Assembly (NCBI RefSeq): GCF_037042905.1
Contig: NC_087251.1
Coordinates: 8,930,001-8,994,000, forward strand
Direction: 5' to 3'
DNA from: Lytechinus pictus
Lineage: Eukaryota
DNA: 64,000 bases
In this document: positions 1 to 14,759 of the stretch, piece by piece
How positions within the stretch are numbered: position 1 is the stretch's first letter
Layout of the letters: the number at the start of each line of letters is the position of its first letter
Position numbers and translations under genes: made by a program
The notes under the pieces: generated by a model
What the model was told of the DNA's origin: nothing
What the model saw: the letters and a program-made list of their open reading frames with translations, nothing else
Database searches by the model: none

Positions 1-351
1 GCATTTTCAGTATTCTTATCCCCAAAATCAGTATTTTGACAAAAAATCAGTATTTTTACCGTGTGAGATTAATATTTTGTATTTTTTCCCAAAAAAGTGT
101 ATTTCATAATAAAATGCTTTGCGCACTCGCCCATCACGGCGCTCAAGCTGCATGCAAGCTAAAATGCGCACTGCTCTTACAGATGGAAAAAAAAAAACCA
201 TTGAAACTTGTGTATATCTCACCCTGGTTTTTACAAAATGATTGAAAAAAAAAAGCAAGTTACCGTACCTGAAATTACATACCATATTTGTGTACGTTTT
301 ATGAAATAGAGACATATAGAGATGATTTTTCTCAATAAAATTACGATTTTG

Positions 352-1147
352 TATGGCAAGTTCCCCCAAGTCTGCGCAGTCCCCCTTGTCTGCGCACACG
401 CGTATCTGCGCGATTCTAATAAAAGAAGATACGCAACGAGCACAAACTTTAAACATGCAATACATAGACAGGTATTCATAAAAAAATCTGACTCAAAATG
501 GTGGAAAAATAATGAATTTAGGGCATTTCATGTGACGGCATCAAAATCCCGGAATCGTGTGCAAAGTGAATGCGTGCGCAGACATGGGGTATCATTTTTT
601 TTTCAATCTGAAAATGACTGCCCGAGGTTTTTCAAGAAAATCCTATATTTTCTTTCATTTTATAATGAGAAATTTAGTATGATGGTGGGCCCTAAGTCTG
701 CGCACCTAACAATTTGAGTTAAGATTTAACATGAATTTCTTCTTATTTCACAAAATCTTTTGGATAATAATGTTCCTTATATTATTGAGAGTAAGTATAC
801 CAAATTTCTCATTAAAAAATGAAAGAAAATATAGGATTTTCTTGAAAAAACCTTGGGCAGTCATTTTCAGATTGAAAAAAAAAATGGTACCCCATGTCTG
901 CGCACTCATTCACTTTGCACACGATTCGGAGATTTTGATGAGAAAGGCTGTATTTTGAGGCCGTCACATGAAATGCCCTGAATTCATTATTTTTTCACCA
1001 TTTTGAGTCGGATTTTTTTATGAATACCTGTCTATGTATTGCATGTGTAAAGTTCGTGCTCGTTGCGTATCCTCTTTTACTAGAATCGCGCAGATACGCG
1101 GGTGCGCAGACTTGGGAGACCGCGCAGACATGGGGGAACTGACCATA
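352..1147. mobile_element. Foldback/MITE with roughly 330-bp inverted arms
   Basis: TATGGCAAGTTCCCCCAAGTCTGCGC... versus ...GCGCAGACATGGGGGAACTGACCATA; arms about 352-680 and 800-1147. Confidence 0.85.
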
Positions 1148-1158
1148 CACTTACGGTA

Positions 1159-1856
1159 GGATGGGGGGTCGGGTGTCCGGACACTTTATATTTTTGAAGC
1201 CTTCTTTTTTGTCTTTGGATTAGACTAAAAATATGAATTCAATAGTTGTAATCATCTTCCATTTTGTTCTCTATAATATTTCCTTACATTTTGCACTAAA
1301 AATTGATGAAACTTCGCTTGTAAATTTTTCCAAATGACTTTCTAAAATTGATCGTCCGGACACACAACCTGTCCGGACACACAACAACTGGGTATACTCT
1401 TAATAATGTAGCTAAGGAACATTATTAATTAAAAGATTTTGTGAAATAAGAAATTCATGTTAAATCTTAACCCAAATTGTTAGTTGCGCAGACTTGGGGC
1501 CCACCATCATAATTAAAAAAAAAAAAAAAAAAAACGTATTTTTTAAAGAAAAACGTACCTGTACTGCCATATTTTGGTTGCAAAAACGTACTAAAACGTA
1601 CTGGTTGGCAGGTCTGCTATACCCAGTTGTTGTGAGTCCGGACGATCAATTTTAGAAAGTTATTTAGAATAGAAAAATTTACATGCGAAGTTTCATCAAT
1701 ATTTAATACAAAATGTAAGGAAATATTTATAGAGATCAAAATAGAAGATGATTAAAAAAATCCAACTAAAGTATTGAATTCATATTTTTAGTGTAATCCA
1801 AAGACAAAAAAGAAGGCTTCAAAAATATAAAGTGTCCGGACACCCGACCCCCATCC
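1159..1856. mobile_element. TA-flanked MITE with roughly 240-bp inverted arms
   Basis: GGATGGGGGGTCGGGTGTCCGGACAC / GTGTCCGGACACCCGACCCCCATCC, TA on both sides. Confidence 0.85.
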
Positions 1857-2043
1857 TAATTCAATTATCACTGGAGCTAAATAGCTATGTCAGTATGTGA
1901 CTGAGACTAAAACTAAGGACTAACAGTAACATTAAAACAAGTTTAAATAGACTGCGCGACAGCTTGCCTTTACAATTACAGTTTACTTAGCAGTTTACTG
2001 TTTAGTGTTTAGCCTTAGTTTTTTTTTTTTACTTAGTTCTCAC

Positions 2044-2262
2044 CTTCGGTAAGTTTTTGTTGCCTTGAATCTTTTCCACCATCTTTTCTTTATCTGGATG
2101 AATCCTTGCACAATGATTAAACATTTTTTCAAATGTTTGGTGAGTCATGGGAAAACCATCTTTATTGACGTAAAACAGAACTCCCCCACTTCCTCCAGTG
2201 CCATTGTCATTCTCGTCGTCGCTCTTGTCATCAGCAGCGCCAGATGTTAATTTGGAAGTCAT
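2044..2262 (-). CDS. VASH: Vasohibin (tubulinyl-Tyr carboxypeptidase, VASH1/2-like), first coding exon; gene continues beyond position 1
   Basis: The peptide GVLFYVNKDGFPMTHQTFEKMFNHCARIHPDKEKMVEKIQGNKNLPK resembles the vasohibin N-terminal block as I recall it (GVPFFVNRGGLPVDEATWERMWKHVAKIHPDGEKVAQRIRGATDLPK). 73 codons end at a phase-0 donor AAG|GTGAGA. Confidence 0.88.
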
Positions 2263-3039
2263 GCTCTTCTCTTTCGAACGTCAATTAGATCTACTTACTT
2301 GTTAGTATTCAAAACATGTCTGTACTGGATCCTAGCTTTTGCCTGACATACCTTCATATGGTGAAAAGAAAGAAAAATTGTGGAATTTATCAATGGCAAT
2401 TGTGCGAGTGCAGTTTGCAGGCAAAGCTACAGGTACCGGTTGTTTACATGTCGTTACGAGATTCGAGAATTCATCGCAGCTGTACGAGATAGTCAACGAG
2501 ACATAAAAATAAAGTATGGTGGAGTTAAGTTTAAGGTAAGGAAAAAATAAGAAAACAGGGGTGTCAACGTTTATAACAAATCCGTTCAGGTCAGTGCACT
2601 GGCTTGAGCGTTGTCTCAATATCCAACATGATATCAATTATAAGATAAAAATTTGAGATGTTATTAGAGTTACAGAACCAGACATGTATACTAAGTTTTA
2701 AAAAATATTAATTTACTTTTCTTTTCCTTTCGTATAACCCCTTTTCTCTAGTTTTATTTTTCTTTTACTTTACCAAAGAAGTTATTTTTCACTTCAAGTT
2801 TGAAAGCGAGAGATTCGAGATTCAAATGAGGAAAAAATCTTTAAAATTATGAAATAAAAAAATCCCAACTAGCCTATAACTAACAGGGTATATGTCTGGC
2901 TGCAGGCATACTTAGAGGAACAATAAAATCCCGAGGCTATCAAATTCGAATTCAGTTCCGAATGTTTTCCGGGCCTATAGCTTGTTTGTGGTTTGCTTTA
3001 GGGGCTTTTGCATGTAATCCTCTCATTTAGGCAAAAAAA

Positions 3040-3860
3040 ATACAGGCAGAGGATCGGGGGGGGGGGGGGGGGAGGGGCGATCGCCCCACCACTGATGAAA
3101 ATATGAGGGGGAACATATCGTTTTGCCCCCCAATATAATTCCGGATGTGCAAAAAATAAAACAAGATTGTGATGTTACACAGAAATCGGCAAGCGAGATT
3201 GCATGAGATATACAACTCGTTCTTTACCAACACAGATGAACTTTCATGATCGAACTCGTTCTTTATTTAAAATCGTGCTCAAAATGTCCGCTTTTCAGAT
3301 AAGAATATAAAAAACTTTCAGCTCGCATCATATCTTTAGCAAACACCCATACTTTTCATGATTAAATGGGTGAATAGAATAAACCTCAAAAGAACCCCCC
3401 CTTCGATATGCAATAATCGTTTATTGGATAGGTCTATATATATTGCGTTCTTTATTAAAAACGTCCATTAAGTGTCATTTTTTTCCAGATCGAAATATCA
3501 AAATTTTTCAGCTTGTGCGCTTCGCACTCGCATCTATCGTTCTTGCGTTCTTTTAAATACCCATCCGTAATCATTGGTACCAAAAATGCTCGAATATCAA
3601 GCTTTCAGGTCAGAATATAAAGCAATTTCAGCTCGCTTTGGTCACTCGCATTATATGTGTAGTGGGGTATGTATCCTCTCCTCATGAGTCATGAGTCACT
3701 GCAAACAGATGACAGGTACCTTTGCCTGTTTTCATGTCAGTACGCTAAAAAAATTCGGCTCGCGCTTCGCACTCGCATTAATTTGTTGGTGAGATATGTG
3801 TCTCATTCTCATGAGTCACATAAATATATATGTCTTGGTCTTGTCATTTTTTTTCGCCTA
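3040..3860. repeat. Interspersed repeat of the GCGCTTCGCACTCGCA subrepeat family
   Basis: Same recurrent motifs as 40389-42061 and 33860-35050. Confidence 0.6.
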
Positions 3861-3920
3861 AGTATTTGGTGCAAGACACAGTAGTCATGTCAAAGAGTAG
3901 ATGCCTGCATGGTAACATTT

Positions 3921-3925
3921 ATATA

Positions 3926-4002
<77 letters not shown>

Positions 4003-4011
4003 GTATATATA
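3921..4011. repeat. (TA)n microsatellite; others at about 4090-4143, 5213-5273, 14709-14757, 15310-15366, 31129-31160 and 52197-52254
   Basis: Direct observation. Confidence 0.95.
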
Positions 4012-4086
4012 CTTCGGGAGTTTGCGTGAAACTCCGAGTTGCAATTAAAGTTGATGAACCTCCAGTCAACCTTGTGAACTTGTATT

Positions 4087-4143
<57 letters not shown>

Positions 4144-4147
<4 letters not shown>

Positions 4148-5212
4148 CCTCAAAAAAAGTTTGGAAATCTGACTTTGATCGATAATTTCTCCTCGGTTTT
4201 AGTAAATATCAATGTGTAATTGACATCAATGAATAGAACATTTAATTTTCTTTAAAATGATGCCCTACATGATATGATTATAGTTCACATGGAGGTGCAG
4301 TGCCTTGAAATGTGGGGCAAGGTCAAAATTCAAAAGCTGCAAAATGACACAATATCGAAAGTCACTGTTCTTTTTTCCTTGGTGATGAGTGAGTTTCTCA
4401 GCGGTTCTTTTGACTTTGATCGATAATTCCTCATGGGTTTTAGTAAATATCAATGTGTATTTAATATCAATAAATAGATCATTTAATTTTCTTTAAAATG
4501 ATACCCCACATGATGTGATTATCGTTCATATGGAGGTGCAGTGCCTTGAAATGTGGGGCAAGGTCAAAATTCAAAAGTTGCAAGTAAAAGTAAAAAGTCA
4601 CTGTTCTTTTTCAGTGGTGATGAGTGAGTTTCTCAGCGGTTTCTTTTAATTATTTTCATGCACCTTAACATCAACATTAATATGGAATCAAACACACCTC
4701 TGCACAAGCAAACACATAACAAACAAACATGCATGGGTATATCAAACCACGACTCAAACCATGTTATCTCACAGAACCATCACTACAGAAGCAGGGGCTT
4801 GATTTGAATGGATTTTCATCTCTATTGACACAGACAAAAGAATCATGTTCTGTATTGACCCTTCATGACTATTTCTGCTCGTTTTGCAGCTTTTCAATTC
4901 AGACCTCATCCAACACTTTTGAATCCTGCTCTTTTCGTGATGGCATGATCATAATCTTTTGGATGATGTCAATTATGCATTGTGTAAAATTTTGGGTTGG
5001 GAGAAATTAATGGCCAAACTCAGATTTCCAAACCTTTTTTGCTCGTTTTGCAGCTTTTCAATTCAGACCTCATCCAACACTTTTGAATCCTGCTCTTTTC
5101 GTGATGGCATGATCATAATCTTTTGGATGATGTCAATTATGCATTGTGTAAAATTGGGAGTTGGGAGAAATTAATGGCCAAACACAGATTTCCAAACTTT
5201 TTTTGAGGGGTT
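4144..5212 (+). mobile_element. Tc1/mariner-like non-autonomous element within (TA)n, with internal tandem duplications
   Basis: TIRs AACTCCTCAAAAAAAGTTTGGAAATCTG / CAGATTTCCAAACTTTTTTTGAGGGGTT; second copy at 42862-43811. Confidence 0.85.
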
Positions 5213-5218
5213 TATATA

Positions 5219-5276
<58 letters not shown>

Positions 5277-5381
5277 CCTATGTGTGTGTGAGTGAGTTTG
5301 GTTGTTTTGTGTGATCGAGCGCAAAAAAAGGAAGTGGTTCTGAGTTACAAATATTTGGAATTGTAATTGGCCGCGTGCGTG

Positions 5382-5529
5382 TCAGGGGCCTCGGAACGGT
5401 TTTCAAAGGGGGGGGGGGGGGCTGACCATGCAAAAAAATCACAATTATACGGTTATTTTTACGTTTTTGTAAATCAGTGTGGAAGGGGGGGGGGGCTGAA
5501 GGCCCCCCCCCTCGCTTCTGCGGCCCCTG
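5382..5529. mobile_element. Short CAGGGGC-terminated MITE (related copy at 24057-24236)
   Basis: CAGGGGCC...GGCCCCTG termini; shared core GGGGCTGACCATGCAAAAA. Confidence 0.65.
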
Positions 5530-8500
5530 CGTGAGCAATAATAAAAAAAAACCTTTTCATTTGTTCCCTTTAATTACACAAAATTACTAAAATGTCACAT
5601 TTTTTCCCCAGGAAAAAAAATTCATGAGGATAAAATTATGATGAAACGATACCTATAACATGTAAATTTATAACGATTTATGTTTATATTTTGATCATCG
5701 TTATAATAGTAGAAAATCACAAATTCATCATGTTCATAATGTGCACCATAATTAAAAAAAAATGTTCGCGGGTGCCTCTTGTCACAATCTGCAAAGCTAA
5801 TTGCCAGTTTAAAATAGTCTTTGATCTCAGTTTTTACCAACCGTTTTCATTCGTTGCCAGAATTAGGCCCTATGTTCATTATTTGCTTTTACTGATTTCT
5901 TATTTTTCGACTTTCATAAACATTTATCAAGTTTGAATTTTTTTACTGAGCTATAAATTAGTCATTAACCATAATCATAGAATGGTCATCAGACACTACC
6001 GAATCATGGCGCATGGCCAGCCCTGCATCCGGTAAACTTGCAATTGTGTCCGGTAATTACTTATGTATGGTTGTAAAAAAATTGATTTTTCGTCAAAAAA
6101 TTCCACCATTCTATAAAACAAATGATACACAGGTTTCTTCGTGCATCGGTAGGACTACGTGTAAATGGGAAACTAGTGTTTAACACTCCCAAGTTACCTC
6201 ATGCTCACAAAACCTACCGATACACTTACATCTGTGCATTACTATAACTACAACAAGCATCCATAACTATATACCCCAAAACACATTCACACTCAATCAT
6301 ACGAAGACTTCAACGTCAAAATGAAAAGATAAAGAAAGAGGGGGAAATGAAAAAGAAAAGCTCTGCTTAATTACTTTTTATTGATTGAAGTTAAATTCTT
6401 GTGATTTTTTTGTCAAGTTTGGAGATCACTTACTTTGTTTGATAGTTTGAAATCATTCCCAGTAACTCTCCATTTCCTCTCCACTCCCATCAGAATGAAT
6501 GGAAATGTGTTACAGATTAAAGGAAAGTTCATCTTGAAGGTAATTGGTTTAAATGAAAGCAGAATTAAGAAAAAATAATGGTGAAGGTTTGATTTTAAAA
6601 AATCCGTTAAAGACAATATAATGGAGTAATAATATTTTTGATAATTCTGATTTTGTGTAGTAACAGACACTCATCTTCTCTATTGTGATGTGTAATATAA
6701 ACTCCTCAAAATGCTATTTAGTAAAAAAAAATGAAAGTGATGTTCATTTGTGCCATGGGCGTAATTATACCGTATCATTAAACACACCTTTTCATACACC
6801 TTCTGTAGTGAATGTATTTTTATTTATCATGTTCTATTAAAAATAATCTGTAATAAATGTATTTTTATTCATCGTGTTCTATTAAAAATGGAATATTGGG
6901 GAGTTGCTCGCATATGACGTCACATAAAACATTAAATAACAATCGATATTCTTTGGTGGATTTTCATCTCAGCTGCATGCACAAATATTTTCTTCTAATT
7001 TTCTGCTATTTTCTACCTGTCCCCTGCCTTTCTCACTTGTGCTCCATTTTCAACCGTATCCTACAATATTTTGATATTTTTACCAATCAACAAAACTTTT
7101 GACCCTCTCATTCTCTTACCGCTTTTTCTTTCTCCTTCTCCCCGGTCTTGCCCTTTCTACCCGCTTGCATAAAAATATGAAATCACATCATGTTTTAATG
7201 TTGATCCTCCCCACCCCAAGAAAAATGATATCGCAGATGACATTCATGTGTCATTGAGATTGATAAAATTTTTATTAAGAGATGTTTGTAACGCTTAACA
7301 TGCTGAACATTAAACAATAAAGAAAACGTACAATACAAAACTGAGATAATCTCTTACAAATTGTATCATGTGACTTAATAATTCAGTCATAAAGCTGTTT
7401 TTTTTTAAAGAATAGAGTGTCCTAATGCAATGAAGTCTATCAGGTCCTTCACCCTATAGAAATATTCAAACACTGCTGATGTCCATCATATCATATTTTT
7501 CCATTATGCAATTTGCCAACTTCCTGAAAAATGAGGTATGATACTAGCTCGATATAAGAGCGTGAGCTGCGAATCAATAATTAGTTCTGCTATCATGCCA
7601 TACTTTCTTTAAAGAAGCTCGAGCAGTTTGAGGTAACTGTTATATAGCTACATAATAGTCCATGATAACAAGGGTTAGGCATATATATCAAAGTATAAAA
7701 CAAGCAGATTCAACAGAGAAATTCAAATCCATATTAAAATCCTTTTTTTTTTTGTTAAAAACCCTTTACCTTCGCATATGAAACCACTTAACTGTCTACA
7801 GTAAACTATACAATTACTTTATTTTTTGTGCTGAAATTCCTTCTATTTTTTCCTCTCAGCGACATCATGTTTTGTGATAAGCGCTATAGAAATAACGTTA
7901 ATTCGTATTATCAATGCCTCAAGTTGAGCATAATCATATTGGTTTGTCTCAAATTTGTCAATTAAGATTAGCCCTTACATAAATTTAGAGCTTATATACG
8001 AACTAGCATTAAATTATAGGCCCTATAAACCTGTTGGGTTGGAAACAGAGCGTGCCAAGTCAACCCCAGCAACGCATTGATTTGGACAATATACACATGG
8101 CACTTAATTTTTTGATAAAAATTGGATGATAGATAAAGAAATCGTTTCATTTATGCGCACATCAGGTTCGATACGAGGAAGCTAATGATTTCACACACTC
8201 ACTAATTTTGTTATATTAGACCGACATGAAATAGAGAGAATTTTATTTCTTATAGAATTTGGTCATGAATACATGGAAGAGGATCTCTACTATCAACGTA
8301 ATTGATGATAATGGTGAATGAAATCATACACAAATGATATTATGTTCTATGGGGAATCAAATTGAGAAGGGCAATACATATTTCATATTTATAAAAATAG
8401 AAACAAATATTGGTATACGTTATTGGTCCCCTCATTTATATAATGATTACGAATGATGTGCTGTTTGCATATTACTTTTTGTGCACACATGAGAGACTTG

Positions 8501-8559
8501 AATCATTTCTGAGGGTAAAGAAAGCACTGAAAATTTCAATTCTACCTTCTTCACCAACA

Positions 8560-11500
8560 TTTTCATTTTCATTTCATTTCAAATAAACATTAATTTTCCT
8601 CCATTTTACAAAATTTCTTCATTATTGTTAACAAGAATTCATATGAAATCAATTTCCATAAAGAATATAAATATATACATCTTATGTGTACAGAGAAAGG
8701 CGTAGGTCCCTAGAAGCACATGCTTGTGGCGGGATACGCCTGTGGACATATAAATATATACAATACACAAAATACAATACAAAGATAAGAAGGGCTAGAA
8801 AAAGAGAAGAGAAGAAGGGAAGAAAATGGGAAGAAAACGAGAGAGGGAGAAGTGAGCAGGAAGGCGGGCATGAGTACCGAGTACCGAGCAAATAGAGCGT
8901 ACAACAATGTATGATGGAGAGAGGGAGAGATAAAAAAGGTCAAAAGGAATATAAGGTATGAGGATATTCAAGCATAGGATGATAAAATCATTTTTTAATC
9001 TTTTTTTTAATGCTGACAAGGATTTTTTATGTAGTCCGGAAGATCATTCCATATTTTCGGGCCAGAATAACGGATGTTGGGTTGAAAGATAATCTTTCTA
9101 TGTTAGGAATATATATTTGGTTATTTGTTCGGGTATCAAAATGATGTATATTTGATACATGCGTAAAGAAATTACGAAAATTTTCTGAAATTTGAGAATT
9201 TAAACACCTGTACATAAAATTACATTGCTGAAGTTTATTGATGTCGTTTAATTTCAGCAGTTTCTGGGAATGAAATAAAGATTTTGTGTCTGTTGGTGGT
9301 ATGATGTCGTTCTCAGAAATTATACGTACAATTTTATTTTGAAGGAAACATATTTTTTTAAGATGGGTTTGGTATGTGTAAGCCCAGACCAAATTACAAT
9401 AATAAAAATATGGCAGGATTAGAGAGCAATATAATGTACGTAGGACCGGTTTTGGAAGATAAAAGCTTACTTAGGCGATATATATAATTCCGATATTTTT
9501 CGCTACCTTGTTTTCAATTTCATTTATGTGATGTGACCAAGTTAAATTACTGTCAATGATAATACCAAGACATTTGTATTTTCAACTCTGAGAATAATTT
9601 GGTTATTAAGCCTAACTTCAACATGATTAAAATCTATATGCCTTGTAGAGTTACGGAATATAATGTAATTGCATTTTTTTACAATTGATTGTGGGTTTAT
9701 TTGCACAGAACCATTTACAGACATTACTCAATTCGGTATTAACAGTTTCACACAAGTGGTAAAGATTTTTATCAGAATAAACTCTGTTTGTATCGTCAGC
9801 GTACATGATAAAGGAAAGAAGGTTTGATGAACGATATATGTAATTGATAAATAAAATAAATAAGAGCGGGCCAAGTAATGACCCCTGTGGAACTCCGCAT
9901 GTGATAGTCATATATTCGGACTTAACAGAGTTATTGCTTACGATTTAAGAGGTAACGAGAGAAAAGATCAAGGGCAGTCCCACGAATACCATAGTTATTT
10001 AGTTTTGATAAAAGTATAGTATGATCAATCGTGTCAAACGCTTTTGACAGGTCAATAAATATTCCAATCGCGAATGAATCGCGTTCAATAGAGTCAGTAA
10101 TTTTATTAGTTAATTCAAGGAGAGCCAGTTCTGTTGAATTGTCACTACGGAAACCGTATTGAGATTTAAAAAGACAATTATTTTTTTTGAGAAAGTTATA
10201 GGTCCTTTTATAAATAACCTTTTCCAATATTTAAGAAAAATAGAGAGGACTGATATGAGCCTGTAATTATTAACCTGTTCTTTATTACTGGTTTTAAAAA
10301 TTGGAGAAATTCTTGCAGTTTTCATTTTATCTGGAAATATCCCAGAGGCAAGTGATAGATTGAATATATGACACAAAGGTTCGCTTATTAATTCGATTAC
10401 AAGTTTGACAATCTTAGGAGAGCAATCATCTAGACCCCGGGGCCTTGTTGTTACCAAAACGCATGACAATATTACATATTTCACGTTGGGTTACCGGACT
10501 GAAAAACAATGATTTAGAATTTGGTTAAGATAGACGCGTTTTGAAATCTGTTTAATTTTGAGGAGTGGTGTTAGCTAGCCTAGGACCTATTTCAACAAAA
10601 AAATCATTAAAAGTATTTGCTATTTGGAGTGGGTCTGTCGATACACTTCCATCACAAACTAAAGAGTTGGGGTGGTTTTTCTTTTTTTTAATTCAATATT
10701 GATTTGATCAATTGCCACGTACGGTTTATATTATTTTTATATTCTTAAAATTTACATTTATAATAACATTTTTTAGCCTGTCGTTTCAAATAGTTAACGT
10801 TTTTAAGAGTCTTTGTATTTAATTTCATTTCGAACTGTTGGTTTATGGATATATATTTTATAAAGACTGTTTTTATAACAAATAGATTGAAGCAAGCCAT
10901 CGGTCATCCAGCATTTAAGTTTAATTTTCTTTCTAGATGTTTTTTCAATGGGAAACTGCTATCATACATTGCACGGAATTCGGTTATGAATCTTTCATAT
11001 ATGCTTGATTCGCATCTTGCATATCTAAAATGTCACCCCAATTTGAATTTTCAATTTCATTTTTAAATTTCGCAATATTTACTGTCGTAAAGCCCTACGA
11101 GGTACCGCGTGATCTTCGATTTAATTTTGATAACATTCATGTCGGTTACATGAAATATTGGTAAGTGATCTGACACGTCGGAGTATAACAGTCCACCTAA
11201 GGTATGTAAATCAAATTGATTTGTCAAAACATTATCTAAAAGGGTAGCACTTGTTTGTGTAATTCTGGTGGGCCGATGAATTATAGGGAGAATAAAATTA
11301 CTAAAAAGACAGTTAACAAAGTTTTTAATTTGAGAACTAGAGTTATGCTTTAAAATATCTATATTTAGATCACCCATAAAAAAATATCCGTTTGTTTTCC
11401 CTGGAAAGACGAATCAAAAGGCTATCAAACTCCTCGATAAATTTATTAATGTCCAAAGATGGGGCTCTATACAAGGTTCCTACAATTATATTTTTCCCTG

Positions 11501-12020
11501 CGCACTGTTCCAGTTCGACAAATAAAGAGTCACATGTTGCTTCGCTTAAATTAAGGTCATTGCGTTCTAAGAAATTAAAAGATTCGTGGACATACATTCC
11601 AACTCCACCGCCTCTGGAATATTTCCTATTGTTACAAACGAACGTGTAGTTGGGCATATATGCCAGGGGACTTTCGAATCTTAGCCAGGTTTCGGAAATG
11701 GGAATTATATCAAATGTTAAGTCCAAAGAGTCAAGACAGGTTGTAATGTCATCAAAAGAATTTAAAAGACTTCTAGCATTGAAGTGAACGCTGGAAAATT
11801 TTCCACTGCTCGGAACATCTACATTCCCAAATATTTCATTGAATTCCTCAGAACTGTAGTATCGAGAGTCATTTGAACTTTCAGTAAAGAATTGGAAGTC
11901 AGGTTCAACATCATTGTTTTGGATAATAGTACTTTCATGTGCTAAAAAAGGAAAGAGGTAGACGAATTCAACAGACTTGAGAATATAGATGTTATACGTA
12001 GCCAATTTCATTACTGTCAC
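8560..12020 (-). mobile_element. Decayed CR1/L2-like LINE, ORF2 (APE endonuclease + reverse transcriptase) with 3' UTR and (GAAAT)n-like tail
   Basis: Broken ORFs carry HFNARSL, SETWL, GDLN, SDHLPI, FIDLSKAFDT, GVPQGSLLGPLLF and YADD; many frameshifts. Confidence 0.93.
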
Positions 12021-12364
12021 AATACCTATAATTTTCAGAGATAAATCAAATCTTCTAAATGCACCAATAAAATGTATAGGAAAGGTCTATAGGCATGGTT
12101 GTAATCGACAATCCATGGTCTAGGGTAGGATTTGCTTGACACAGGGTGTGATACGGGGGGGGGGGGGGGGCAAGAGGCGACCACCCCTATGACAATCCAA
12201 GAAAAAAAAAGAGTATTTGCATCTCTATAATTACCTCTGTTATTAAACTGAGAAAAAAAAAATCATCACCATTAGTTCGTCTTTCCCCCTATCCTGGTGC
12301 TGCCCTTGGTTAGACTCGATCCATTCATGGGGGGGGGGGGGGGAGGGGGGGGGGCAAGTATCAA

Positions 12365-12498
12365 TTTGTTAGTATAGGTAGTTGGTTTAAACTCAGATCA
12401 CAAAGCATATCTTGCATGGGGAATACATAATTGTTTTTTGTTAGTATAGGTAGTTGGTTTAAACTCAGATCCCAAAACATATCTTGCATGGGGAATAC
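12365..12498. repeat. Local tandem duplication of about 62 bp
   Basis: TTTGTTAGTATAGGTAGTTGG...GCATGGGGAATACA occurs twice. Confidence 0.85.
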
Positions 12499-12974
12499 AG
12501 GATCGGTGCTTGATCAGAATCGTAGTGGAAATTTTCCGTGTTAAGACGATCGCAGACATTAGAGATGATTGTTTGGCAGGTGATAATAAAGAACATAATT
12601 TGTTGTCATCAATATACCATAAAAGGGTAATTAATCTAGAATACTCGGTTCTGTGATATAAAGTGTTCAGATTTAGAGTTTTTTTAATTGCAGTTTTTAT
12701 ACATAAAAGGTAAACAGATTCTTCAATATGTGAGAAACATATCAAAGTCAATTTGAAGTATAAACATAATTACTTAAATGTTAAACAAAATAAAATGTCC
12801 TGGCTATTCGAAACATGTACATAAATACAGTGGAGTATATCACACCACTTCATTTTACTTAATATTGTGGCAATTAAATTTGAAGTAAATTGTCTCGGAA
12901 AGTAACCAAACTTCTTTTTTTTTCGATATTTGAAATATTTTGAATAATTTTGTTATAATTGGTTTTCGCCTGAA

Positions 12975-13138
12975 CTACTTCCTCAAACTGAGATTAACAA
13001 GTATAGTGCCCTCTGATGGTCGCAAGATTAACATTCCGGCTGGTTTGGCCTCTTCCAGAGTCTGGAGTGATTTGATAGAGAACCTCCGAAGGATGTTGAT
13101 CAGGATAACCTTGTCCTCCATCATTGCAAACTTTTGAC
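12975..13138 (-). CDS. CYP4V: CYP4 gene A exon 11 ([13 protein letters not shown]...LRK stop)
   Basis: AACAG acceptor; TAG stop at 12975-12977. Confidence 0.92.
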
Positions 13139-14704
13139 CTGTTGATTTAGGGAAACCGAAGGTAAAATCCTAATCATATCTCGATATCATGTGTACCATT
13201 TCCTCTTTAAATATTACATCAGTGAAGAGCTCCAACAACCTCTCTATATTTTCTTTTATCTCACTTGCTGTTTATTTTCCTGCTTCTCCAATTAGAATTT
13301 TGATATTTTCGATTATTTACATCCTGAACTTTCCAACGTCCCGCCCTTTTCTCTTTAATACCAACATTCAGATATCAAAACACTTTTAAAAAATTAAAAA
13401 TATAATACAGTAGTCCACCAGTCATTCTAGCATATTTAATCAATGTTTCAGGGAAGAAGTGTATGGTAATTATGGGGCATTGTTTTTATATATTTATATT
13501 TTTATTCATTTTCATACCAATGCAGTTTCTTGGTCCTGCAGAGAAAGGGATGAAGGAAAATGGATGTCGTTTAGCCGAATTCTCAGGTAAAAATCGATCT
13601 GGGTCAAACCGAGCTGGATCAGGAAACTGTTCCGGGTCACGATGGAGGGCATTGATAATGAGAAAGATTGCCGCTTCTTTGGGTATTACTTTACCATCTA
13701 TATCAAATCAAAGGGCAATGACGAAGATATAAGTATCTAGAAAAATATGAATCAATTGACTTGAAAACTGATTTGTTAAGAGAGAGAAGGGGGTGTAAAT
13801 GCCAGATCAATACACTGTTTATTTTGTTTGACAAGTTATTTTATTTTTCTATTACAATAATTTAAATCTTATTGTATTTTTTTTCTTCTAAATATCAGAA
13901 GAGTTGAATGAAGGGTGTAGCGTATGATGGGTTAGGATACAGCTCACCCCTCCATCATCTACATTTTTCTTATACCTGAATAGTGTAATCATGATACCCC
14001 GATATAATAAGGACCTGTCTCTGCCAGAAGTTTTATATAGAATTTTGAAAGAGAATAAGTTTACAAAACGTTGTGGTGTACTTACATCACTCTCATCTTA
14101 TTATTTTTTTACATCTAAAGCAAACTTTTCTCCGATCTGAGATGTAGATCTCTCCACCAGAAGTTTTATATAGAATTTTGAAAGAGAATAAGTTTACAAA
14201 ACGTTGTGGTATACTTACATCACTCTCATCTTATTTTTTTTTTTACATCTAAAGCAAACTTTTCTCCGATCTGAGATGTAGATCCCAATCTGAAACGAAT
14301 ACACCCTTACCTATGACTATGTCATCGTCAAGTTCCCTTGCAATTCCAGGCACAGGTGGGGTGATACGGAGTGTCTCCTTAACAACACGACTTAAGTATG
14401 GTAGTTTAGAGAGGTCATCTGAAGTCACTGGTCGATCAGATTTACCTTTGAATTAACAAGTAGGCCTACATATTATCACGGTTGTTGATACATCATGGCT
14501 AGTTTCTTGTGGAAAGTTAAATTTCAAATTTCGTTTCATTTCATCGATATCAAAATGAAAATGAATGTTAAATCAGCTTCTTTAGCAATTGTCCGTGCAA
14601 CCTTTTGCAAATCATTTTGGTCGCAGTATATATTCTGTAATATAGGCTTCAAAATCCAATGATCTCGATAAGTCGTAGAAATGAAAATACAACTGCAACA
14701 GCTG

Positions 14705-14759
<55 letters not shown>

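Noticed and set aside
28..958. Several overlapping ORFs of 70-145 aa
   Set aside because: They lie in a foldback repeat and show no recognisable protein motifs.
3830..4172. IYIYIY ORFs here and at other (TA)n tracts
   Set aside because: Translations of microsatellites.
13463..13732. Plus-strand ORF similar to the one at 36279-36488
   Set aside because: Antisense shadow of the conserved CYP exon 10.
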